A DNA stretch of 64,000 bases. Source: Parcubacteria group bacterium M10-OD1-1. GTDB taxonomy: Bacteria; Patescibacteriota; Minisyncoccia; Moranbacterales; UBA2206. The DNA lies in the NCBI GenBank assembly GCA_003056145.1, contig LSNL01000005.1:20240-84239 (forward strand), in the 5' to 3' direction. This document shows positions 10,490 through 18,726 of the stretch, one piece after another. Position numbers and translations under genes: made by a program. Each line of letters starts with the position of its first letter. Position 1 is the stretch's first letter. The notes under the pieces were generated by a model, which was given only the letters and a program-made list of their open reading frames with translations, had not been told where the DNA came from and made no database searches.

Positions 10490-11695
10490 ATGATTAAAAA
10501 AAGGGAGAGAATAGAGCAGGCTTATTTAAAAAGTCAAGAATTATTACATCAATTAAAAACTGAATACGGATTTATTGCTTCAGTTAATAATGTCAGTAAC
10601 TATAAGCGTATTTGGTCACGGGATGGTGTAACTTTGGGGTTAGCTTCTTTAGCTACTGGCGATAAGGAACTTATTAAAACATTTGAAAAAACTTTATTGA
10701 CTTTGAAAAAGTTTCAAGATACAACTGGTAGAATCCCTAGTAATGTTTCTCTCAATAAAATATCACGTGTCAGTTATGGGACAACTGTTGGAAGAGTAGA
10801 TGCTACTATTTGGTATATTATCGGAATAACCCAACTAATTCTTCAAACCAATAATCAAAAATTCTTTCAAGAATTTAGAGATTCTCTTAAAAAAGCTTTC
10901 TTTTATTTGGAATGCCTAGAGCTTAATGGTAAGGGATTGCTTTATATTCCTCAAGGAGGAGATTGGTCTGATGAATATATTAATCATGGATATGTTCTAT
11001 TTGATCAAGTTTTATATTATTTAGCTCTAGATAGTTATGCTAAAATAACTAAAGAACCTGAAATAATTAAGAGAAGAAATCATTTAAAAAAAGTGATTGC
11101 TGTTAATTATTTTCCTAGCCAAGAGAATCTTACTAATCCTAATGTGTATAATAAATTATTATTTGAAAAAAGTTTAAAGCTATGTAAAACATCTCTAACG
11201 GTTGCTTATTTTACTTCTTATAGCGTTAGTTGTCACACAGCTAATTTTGCCAATAGCTTATTATTATTATCAGGAATTCTAGAAAGTGAGCAAGAAGAAA
11301 AACTTCAGAAAAATATTCAAAAAACATTTATGCATTCTGATTTTCCAATAATTCCTGCTTTTTATCCAGTTATAGATAAAAAAGATTTGAGTTGGCACGA
11401 ACTAGAAAATAATTTTCTTTTTAACTTTAAAAATCAACCTTATAATTATCAAAACGGAGGATTGTGGCCATGGATTCAAGGATTTTTTCTGGCTTCTTTA
11501 AGAAGTTCTACCATGGAAAAGGAGCTTTATCTTAAATCTTGGGCAGAAGTTTTAGCTAGAGATAATTTTATTTTCCCAGAATATTACCACGGTAAGAATC
11601 ATCAAGCCAAAGGAGTTATGAAGATTGGACATTCAGCGGCTGGATATATTTTGGCTTATAATTCAATAATTAAAAATAAAAAAGTCTTCTTATGA
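10490..11695 (+). CDS. GH100-like invertase / amylo-alpha-1,6-glucosidase-like (alpha/alpha)6 hydrolase
   Basis: YKRIWSRDG, VGRVDATIWYI, GGDWSDEY, PYNYQNGGLWPW, FPEYYHG motifs. Confidence 0.75.
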   Translation: MIKKRERIEQAYLKSQELLHQLKTEYGFIASVNNVSNYKRIWSRDGVTLGLASLATGDKELIKTFEKTLLTLKKFQDTTGRIPSNVSLNKISRVSYGTTVGRVDATIWYIIGITQLILQTNNQKFFQEFRDSLKKAFFYLECLELNGKGLLYIPQGGDWSDEYINHGYVLFDQVLYYLALDSYAKITKEPEIIKRRNHLKKVIAVNYFPSQENLTNPNVYNKLLFEKSLKLCKTSLTVAYFTSYSVSCHTANFANSLLLLSGILESEQEEKLQKNIQKTFMHSDFPIIPAFYPVIDKKDLSWHELENNFLFNFKNQPYNYQNGGLWPWIQGFFLASLRSSTMEKELYLKSWAEVLARDNFIFPEYYHGKNHQAKGVMKIGHSAAGYILAYNSIIKNKKVFL

Positions 11696-12519
11696 TTATT
11701 GCAACTGATTTAGATAGAACTTTATTACCTAACGGCTATGAAGAATATGGACATAATTTACCTTTATTTTTCCAACTAATTAGAAAAAATAAATTAACTT
11801 TAGTTTATGCGACAGGTAGAAATTGGAAGCTTTTTCAAGAAGCTAAAAAAATATTTAAAATAGAAGATCCGGATTATTTTATTGGTGAAGTGGGAACGGT
11901 TCTTTATGAAAAGTCTCCAAAAAAATCTTTTTTTCAACTTAAAAATAAACTAGTTATTAGTCAAGAATGGCAAAAATATTTAAAAAATAAAGCCAAAAAT
12001 TGGAACGCTGAAAAATTAAAAAAGAGATTTCAAATAATCAAAGAGCTAAAATTACAAGAAAAAGATAAGCAAAATACGTATAAATTAAGCTACTATCTTT
12101 CCGATACAACTAATCAGTCAAAAATTTTAACTAAAATTAAGACTTTAGCTCAAGAAGAAACTATTAAAATTAATCTTATTTCTAGCTGGGATCCATTAAA
12201 AAAAGTTCGTTTAATTGATATATTACCAGCGACGGTAACCAAGACAACTGCCCTAGAATTTATTCGTCGAAAAAAACATCTTAGTAAAGAAGAGGTAGTC
12301 TATTGTGGTGATAGTGGAAATGATATTGCAGCTTTAACGATTGGCTATAAATCTATTTTAGTAAAAAATGCCCGAGAAGAAATAAAAAAGAAAGTTTTAA
12401 AAATTAATCAAGATTTAGGGAGAAGTAAGAATTTATATATTGCTAAAGGAGTAGGTAAGTGGAATGGTTATTATGTAGCTGGAATCCTAGAAGGATTAAA
12501 ACATTTTAAGATAATTTAA
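11692..12519 (+). CDS. HAD-IIB hydrolase, sucrose-phosphate phosphatase-like
   Basis: ATDLDRTL, YATGR, KLSYY, IDILP, GDSGND, AGILEGL; ATGA overlap with the upstream gene. Confidence 0.85.
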   Translation: MIIATDLDRTLLPNGYEEYGHNLPLFFQLIRKNKLTLVYATGRNWKLFQEAKKIFKIEDPDYFIGEVGTVLYEKSPKKSFFQLKNKLVISQEWQKYLKNKAKNWNAEKLKKRFQIIKELKLQEKDKQNTYKLSYYLSDTTNQSKILTKIKTLAQEETIKINLISSWDPLKKVRLIDILPATVTKTTALEFIRRKKHLSKEEVVYCGDSGNDIAALTIGYKSILVKNAREEIKKKVLKINQDLGRSKNLYIAKGVGKWNGYYVAGILEGLKHFKII

Positions 12520-12556
12520 AAATAAAGTATGAAAAATTTAATAATTAATTAGAATT

Positions 12557-13270
12557 ATGCAGGAAAAAATAAAATATCCAATTAGAATAAATCGCTATTT
12601 AGCGTTGAAAGGAGTAGTCTCTCGTCGAGAAGCTGATGAGTTAATAAAAAAGGGTCTAGTTTTAGTTAATGATAAAAAAGCTATTCTAGGAGATAAAGTT
12701 TTAGAAGAGGATGAAGTTAGAGTAAATGCTAAATCTTTTAAACAATTAATTTATTTAGCTTATAATAAACCAATTGGAATAGTAACACATAGCCCACAAG
12801 CAAATGAGCAAAGTATTCAAGATGTTTTGCAATATTCAGAAAATGTTTTTCCACTGGGAAGATTAGACAAAAATTCTTGGGGATTAATAATTCTTACTAA
12901 TGATGGTCGGGTTACTGATAGGCTTTTAAATCCAGAACATAATCATGAAAAAGAATACCGAGTGCGAGTTGATAAACCCTTAAAAGAAAGCTTTGTCAAT
13001 AAAATGAGCAAAGGGGTTTTATTGGAAGATGGCTATAAAACAAAGGAATGTAACATTAAATTGCTTAATGATTTTTTATTTTCTATAATTTTAACAGAAG
13101 GTAAAAAGAGACAAATTAGAAGAATGTGTACAGCATTGGGTTACGCAGTGATAGACCTTAAAAGAGTTAGAATAATGAATATTAAAATCAAAAATATAAA
13201 ATCAGGTCAAGTTAGAGAGATAAAAGGAAATGAACAAAAGATTTTTTTAAAGAGTCTAGAACTTAATTAA
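12557..13270 (+). CDS. rRNA pseudouridine synthase (RluB/RluF family)
   Basis: S4 domain SRREADELI, GRLDKNS, LTNDG, HEKEY, LTEGKKRQIRRM. Confidence 0.93.
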   Translation: MQEKIKYPIRINRYLALKGVVSRREADELIKKGLVLVNDKKAILGDKVLEEDEVRVNAKSFKQLIYLAYNKPIGIVTHSPQANEQSIQDVLQYSENVFPLGRLDKNSWGLIILTNDGRVTDRLLNPEHNHEKEYRVRVDKPLKESFVNKMSKGVLLEDGYKTKECNIKLLNDFLFSIILTEGKKRQIRRMCTALGYAVIDLKRVRIMNIKIKNIKSGQVREIKGNEQKIFLKSLELN

Positions 13271-13369
13271 AATGCGCCATCTTAAAAGAAGTCTTTTTAA
13301 ATTATAATTTTTATGCTAATATAAAAATGGAAACTAGAGAAAATAATTTTAATAATTTAAAACACATAA

Positions 13370-13816
13370 ATGAAAGTAAATAATATAATGACAAAAGATG
13401 TTTTGTCAGTCAAAGAAGATATGCCTATTTCAGAGATTGCTAAAATTATTTCTGAAAATAAAATTCATGGCGTACCAGTTATAAATGAAGAAAATAAGGT
13501 AGTAGGAATAATTACAGAGACTGATTTTTTTACCAAAGATGCTTCTAATATGGTTTATATGCCATCTTTAATTGATTTTGTTAAAAACGGAAAAATGGAA
13601 TATGCTAAAGATGAAAAAGAAGCAATTAATGAAGTCCTCAATGCTAAGGCTAAAGATATAATGAGTCCTAAATGTGAAACAGTATCGCCAGATTTAAAGG
13701 TTGAAGATTTTTTTAAGTTAATTAAAGAACGTAGTTTTAATTCTTACCCAGTAACTGATGAGTCTGGGTTTTTGGTAGGAATAATTACCGTCGCTGATGC
13801 TATTAAGTTGCTTTAG
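13370..13816 (+). CDS. CBS-pair domain protein
   Basis: VNNIMTKDV...GVPVINEENKVVGIITETD and a second repeat YPVTDESGFLVGIIT. Confidence 0.92.
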   Translation: MKVNNIMTKDVLSVKEDMPISEIAKIISENKIHGVPVINEENKVVGIITETDFFTKDASNMVYMPSLIDFVKNGKMEYAKDEKEAINEVLNAKAKDIMSPKCETVSPDLKVEDFFKLIKERSFNSYPVTDESGFLVGIITVADAIKLL

Positions 13817-13828
13817 GAGATATAGTTT

Positions 13829-14563
13829 ATGAAAAATAATACTTTGTCCGTAGTAGTTCCTTGTTATAATGAGGGAAAAACAATTTATCAAAATATAAAA
13901 AAAATTAATGATTATTTAGCTCATAATATTTTTAAGTATGAAATAATTGCTGTAAATGACGGCAGTCAAGATAATACTAGTGTTGAATTAGAACGAGTAA
14001 AAAATGATATTTCAACGGTTGTTATTATTGATAATTCTATTAATGCAGGTAAAGGAAAGGTGGTTAAAGAGGGTGTCTTAAAAAGTCAGTACGAAATTGT
14101 GATGTTTATGGATGCTGATTTAGCTATTCCAATTGAAGGAGTGGATAAATTCATAGAAGCTATCAATGAAGGTTATGACTTAGCAATTGCCTCTAGATTT
14201 GTGCCAGGATTAAAAGTGGTGAAGCCAGTTTTATGGTATAGAAAATATATGGAAAAAGTTTTTAGAATATTGCGAATGATCATTATTAGTAATTATAAGA
14301 TTAAAGATACTCAATGTGGATTTAAAGTTTTCAATAGAAAATCAGCTTTAGATATTTTCCCTTTTATGACTATTAAAAGATTTGCTTTTGATGCTGAGAT
14401 GATTTTTATTGCTACTAGAAAAGGTTACAAAATCAAAGAATTACCAATTACTCTACAAAATCCTGTTACTAGTAGTGTAAGAATTTATCGAGACTCCTTA
14501 AATATGTTAATAGATTTAGTAAAAATTAGAATTAATTCTTTTCTAAAAAAATATCAAAAATAA
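13829..14563 (+). CDS. GT2 polyprenol-phosphate glycosyltransferase (DPM/DPG synthase-like)
   Basis: SVVVPCYNEG, VNDGSQD, FMDADL, DTQCGFK, FAFDAE. Confidence 0.9.
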   Translation: MKNNTLSVVVPCYNEGKTIYQNIKKINDYLAHNIFKYEIIAVNDGSQDNTSVELERVKNDISTVVIIDNSINAGKGKVVKEGVLKSQYEIVMFMDADLAIPIEGVDKFIEAINEGYDLAIASRFVPGLKVVKPVLWYRKYMEKVFRILRMIIISNYKIKDTQCGFKVFNRKSALDIFPFMTIKRFAFDAEMIFIATRKGYKIKELPITLQNPVTSSVRIYRDSLNMLIDLVKIRINSFLKKYQK

Positions 14564-14839
14564 AACTAAATTTAAAAAAATATTTTTTGATTCTTTTAAC
14601 TTAGTTTTCTTCTACTTAAAATAAAAAATCAATAAAAAATGCTTAATTATTTTTAATTTAAGTAGTTTTTTATTTTAAGAGAGAATTAGGGATAACAAGA
14701 AGTCTAATATTAGGTAAAAAATTTAAAGAATCCGCTTATTTATTTAGTTGAAGATTGAGAATAAAATTTAATAGTTAGCTATTGACAAAATAGAACTTAG
14801 TATGATAGTATATTCAGTTATAATATTTAAAGAAAGATT

Positions 14840-15505
14840 ATGTTTGAATATGAAAATAATCAAGAAAATAAGCATCGAATCGGAATAATTATTTTAGCTG
14901 GGTTATTTCTGGCATCGTTGTCTTTTTTGTTTATAGTTACAACAGAAAAAAACTTTAAAGTAACTACTGACTTTTTAATTGTTCAGAATCAAACTGGTTC
15001 GCAAGATTTTTATTCACTTTCCCGTTCGGCAGACTATATTGGGAGTGTTTTAAATAAAGCTATTTATAGCGAACTTTTCATAAATGAAGTTGTGAAAACA
15101 GGAAAAGTGGATAGCAATTTTTTGCCAATAAATGAGAGTGAAAGACTAAAAGATTGGAGTAAAATGGTTAGAGTCAGTCGAAACTCTCAATTAGGAATAA
15201 TCACAGTAGAAGTCTTTGGAAACGACCAAAGAAAAACCATAGATATCTCTGAAGGAATAATTGAGGTTATGAAGACTAAGAATTATCTTTTTCGAGGAAA
15301 ATTTAGTATGGATGTACGAGTGCTTTCAGGTCTAATTTTAGAAAAAAATCCTAGTTTTAAAAATATTGTGTTAGTAGTTGCTGGAGGATTTGTCGTGGGT
15401 ATTGTGTTAAGTGGAATTTTTTTTTATTATTTTGATGTAGAAAAATTAAGGAAAACAGAAGATGATAATCGGGATTATATAAAAAGTCTAGATGAATTAG
15501 AGTAA
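14840..15505 (+). CDS. Wzz/CpsC (YveK-like) polysaccharide co-polymerase
   Basis: Two terminal TM helices around an extracellular domain; PS motif before TM2; sits in a polysaccharide locus. Confidence 0.65.
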   Translation: MFEYENNQENKHRIGIIILAGLFLASLSFLFIVTTEKNFKVTTDFLIVQNQTGSQDFYSLSRSADYIGSVLNKAIYSELFINEVVKTGKVDSNFLPINESERLKDWSKMVRVSRNSQLGIITVEVFGNDQRKTIDISEGIIEVMKTKNYLFRGKFSMDVRVLSGLILEKNPSFKNIVLVVAGGFVVGIVLSGIFFYYFDVEKLRKTEDDNRDYIKSLDELE

Positions 15506-15612
15506 TTATTGGCAGAGCGAGGTGCTTTTTGTGTCTTTCTCTACTCGGAATTGTTCTGAGCTAGATGTAACTTAAAAATTAAATACCAAATAGAACGCAA
15601 AGGAGTCGCGCT

Positions 15613-16512
15613 ATGAAAAATTTATTAGCAGTCTTGTTTCTGTCCGCGCTTCTCGTTGGATGCGCTGGAAGACAACTTCAGGTAGAAAATGTGAATTCTC
15701 CTGATATTAATAAAGGGATCAATCTTTTAATTGAACCTTATGAGGCAGTTGGAATCAAGGTTACACCTGAAATAAAAAGTGGAAGAATTCAGGTTAAAAA
15801 AGGGATTTTTCCTGATGTTCTTTTCGGGGAATATTTTCCAGGAAGAATTCGTTGGAATGGTTGGGCAGTTGAACCAGATGGGCGAGAATATTTTGCCCAG
15901 TCTATTTTTACTGGGATTGATTTTTCTGGACATTTTTCTGAAAGAACAATCGTTGATGCTCGAGCCAGTCAAGACGCTAGAGTGATGAATTTTTCATCGC
16001 TTATTGCCTATGCCTATTCATTAACAGGCACTGAATTTTCTCTCAAGTTTCATAAAATCTTAAATGATGTTAAATACCGAAAAGATTTTATCTTGAAATA
16101 TGGAACACGATTGGGTGATTTGCAAAATGACCAAAACTTTGTAAAGATTATTAGTAAATGGAATCTTTACAATTCTCCTAATGGACAAATTTTAAGTCCG
16201 ATTGGGGAAAAACAGTTAAAGGAAATCGCTGGAATTAATCCAGAATATACCTTTGTCGGACAGTTAGTTGGGTCCGGAAGGTTTATGCTCACGCCCGATT
16301 ATATAGGGACAATTGTGTCCTTAGGGATAGATGTTTTCTGTTCAGCAGACGGAAGCATCCCATCTAAGGGTTGGGATTATAATTCTCAATTACCCAATAG
16401 ACGCCAGATGGCGTTAATTATTAGATATATCGGAAAGTTCAGAATGAACTTAATCAAGAGAATTAATGATGTAAACAGAAGTCTGCTTATGCGAGGAGGC
16501 ATACTACAATGA
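15613..16512 (+). CDS. Orphan putative lipoprotein
   Basis: Signal peptide with lipobox (SALLVG-C); AAAGGAG SD 7 nt upstream; no recognisable domain. Confidence 0.7.
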   Translation: MKNLLAVLFLSALLVGCAGRQLQVENVNSPDINKGINLLIEPYEAVGIKVTPEIKSGRIQVKKGIFPDVLFGEYFPGRIRWNGWAVEPDGREYFAQSIFTGIDFSGHFSERTIVDARASQDARVMNFSSLIAYAYSLTGTEFSLKFHKILNDVKYRKDFILKYGTRLGDLQNDQNFVKIISKWNLYNSPNGQILSPIGEKQLKEIAGINPEYTFVGQLVGSGRFMLTPDYIGTIVSLGIDVFCSADGSIPSKGWDYNSQLPNRRQMALIIRYIGKFRMNLIKRINDVNRSLLMRGGILQ

Positions 16513-18158
16513 AAAAGCTAGCGCTGTTATTGGTTGTTCTGTTGTCAGTGCTGGTTTCCAGCGCTGTCGCTAGGGGGGCGTATGTTGTTCGTCAAGGTGA
16601 TTGCCTATCTGCAATAGGGCAATCTCAAAATCTTTTTTGGCAAGAAATCGCCAAATTAAATAAAATCAATTCCCCCTATCTTATTTATCCAGGGGAAAAG
16701 TTATCTCTACCAAAGCCAGAAAAAATCTTGATCATTAAAGCTTCTGGTAAAGAAAAAATGCGAGTGAAAGTAAGCACAAAACATTTTTTTTGGCAAAACC
16801 CTGGAGCGGACAAATACCAGGGAACTGTTGATGAAGCATTAAAACTACTTGAGTATCCAATTCAAGTAAGGAAAATGCTAAAAAGGAAAATTCGGTATAA
16901 TCGGTTCAATGATTATACCATCAAAAATGGTGACCATATTCAAGCAATGACTTTCGGGAAAAATAAAGTTGAGTACAATGTCATTGCTGATTGGGAAAAT
17001 CCCAAAAGAAAAATTACTAAAATCTCAAAAGATAAGAGTAGCGATTTAGCGGCTAAAAAGTATTCAGTGATTTTTCAAAAAGTTAAATACTCAGTTATCT
17101 ATCCTTATTGGTGTGGTAACTGGAGTCGTTTAAAAGATCGGCTCATACCAAAGTTGCCGCAGAAAACATCAACTGCACCAAAGTTTTTTTCTGTATCTAG
17201 AAATGCAATTGCAAAAAAAAATGAAATTACATATATTCCTCCAGGTGAGGAATGTAAAACATTTGAGCAAGAGCCAACTATTGGTGTCTGGATATATAAG
17301 AATGGATTAGCTAAGGGTCGGGGAATATACATTGAGTACCTGACTTGGTTAAGAAATTCAACGATTTTCGGATTAAATGGAAATCAAGTTTGTGGCGGAG
17401 CTAACTACAATTTGGGCTGGAGTCCAGGAGTTGGAATTTATGGATATTATTCTCCTGGAGAATCCCGTATTTCTTCCTATGATTGGAAGGAGTGGGGAAT
17501 CGGACCCCAAATCGGAATTAAATATTCAGCCATTGACAAGCAAAATCATTTTTGGCAGTGGCAAGCCAAACTTCGTTTGATTTATGAATGGAGTAATGGC
17601 AATAATACGGAAGGTTATTGGAAAAGACAATCTGGCTGGAAGCCAGGCTTCTACACAGAATATACTCGGATAGAAAGTGAAAACTTTCTATGGGGATTGA
17701 CCGCCGAAGGCTGGATTGATTGGAACCAAAAGATTGATTCTAGCTGGAGTGGTGACTCTCCTTCTAGTCGTGGACAGCTTGCAGTTAGTGCCTTCGGTCA
17801 ATGGAAGTTGAATAATAATTGGCAATTCCGTGGAATTGGCAGTTTATTCTATCAGGACTGGGACTATTATCTTGGTCTCAGAGTCACTCCTGAATTTAGG
17901 TGGAAAGAAACAATAATGTTTGGGCCTATGCTATCTTTACCCATTCATCTAGGCTCCGTATATGACGGCATTGCTAGGTCAAATCTCATAACCTACGGTG
18001 CTTTTATCCGGTTGGAGTTAGGAACTCCAATTCGGGCGATTAATCGTCGCAGGAGAATGGACAGCATTCGCAAAACGGATGCTGAATGGCTAAATAAACT
18101 ACAAAAAATGCCGTTTCATTCAGAGACGGTACAAATTAACAAAGGAGGAGTATCATGA
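16509..18158 (+). CDS. Secreted LysM protein with C-terminal beta-barrel-like domain
   Basis: Signal peptide; LysM YVVRQGDCLSAI...NKINSPYLIYPGEKLSLP; C-terminal aromatic/Gly-rich alternating beta strands; GAGGAGG SD. Confidence 0.75.
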   Translation: MKKLALLLVVLLSVLVSSAVARGAYVVRQGDCLSAIGQSQNLFWQEIAKLNKINSPYLIYPGEKLSLPKPEKILIIKASGKEKMRVKVSTKHFFWQNPGADKYQGTVDEALKLLEYPIQVRKMLKRKIRYNRFNDYTIKNGDHIQAMTFGKNKVEYNVIADWENPKRKITKISKDKSSDLAAKKYSVIFQKVKYSVIYPYWCGNWSRLKDRLIPKLPQKTSTAPKFFSVSRNAIAKKNEITYIPPGEECKTFEQEPTIGVWIYKNGLAKGRGIYIEYLTWLRNSTIFGLNGNQVCGGANYNLGWSPGVGIYGYYSPGESRISSYDWKEWGIGPQIGIKYSAIDKQNHFWQWQAKLRLIYEWSNGNNTEGYWKRQSGWKPGFYTEYTRIESENFLWGLTAEGWIDWNQKIDSSWSGDSPSSRGQLAVSAFGQWKLNNNWQFRGIGSLFYQDWDYYLGLRVTPEFRWKETIMFGPMLSLPIHLGSVYDGIARSNLITYGAFIRLELGTPIRAINRRRRMDSIRKTDAEWLNKLQKMPFHSETVQINKGGVS

Positions 18159-18550
18159 AAAAGTTAATTAGTTCTTTAGTCGTATTAGTGGCAATATTAT
18201 GTTTTACCGGAGGAGCTTTGGCTGCTGCTAGACTACTGCCTAAGGGGGTGGTCGTTTCAGCAAAAATAAATGCCAAAGGGACGGCTCAGATAAACATTGT
18301 AGGAGTTGTTCCTACTGATGTTGAATTTTACAGCTATGGAAGGACCAAACATCTTGGTTCAATCAATAAATTTAAAATCGACCTGAATTCCGGTCGGCGA
18401 TTTAATTTTAAATTTAAAGTCAATGGCAGAGATTATTTTGTCTTGTTGACACCAGAAATGGTGATATTATCTCCAGATTTTTTTGGTCCAGGCATTGGCC
18501 TGGATTGTTCCAACAACGAGGGATGTGTGTTTTTAGTCACTGGTAATTAA
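18155..18550 (+). CDS. Orphan small secreted protein
   Basis: Signal peptide ending GGALA; AAGGAGGAG SD; ATGA overlap; C-terminal CSNNEGC pair. Confidence 0.7.
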   Translation: MKKLISSLVVLVAILCFTGGALAAARLLPKGVVVSAKINAKGTAQINIVGVVPTDVEFYSYGRTKHLGSINKFKIDLNSGRRFNFKFKVNGRDYFVLLTPEMVILSPDFFGPGIGLDCSNNEGCVFLVTGN

Positions 18551-18567
18551 AAACCAGTGACTAAAAA
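18530..18567. repeat. Perfect 15-bp inverted repeat with the stop codon in the loop
   Basis: TTTTTAGTCACTGGT-AATTAAAA-ACCAGTGACTAAAAA, extendable with GTGT/ACAC; TAA stop at 18548-18550. Confidence 0.95.
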
Positions 18568-18578
18568 ATACACCTAAA

Positions 18579-18621
18579 AAGCCCCAATAACTCAATGAGT
18601 TGTTGGGGCTTGATTTTTTTT
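18579..18621 (+). terminator. Intrinsic terminator of the three-gene island
   Basis: AAGCCCCAATAACTC-AAT-GAGTTGTTGGGGCTT followed by GATTTTTTTT. Confidence 0.85.
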
Positions 18622-18726
18622 AGAATTTATGTTACTATACCAAGTTAAAATAATTAAAAAATAAGTTTTAGAAAATAAACAATAACTAATAAATCCATCT
18701 TTAAAGCGATTACCAAAGAAGAGAAT

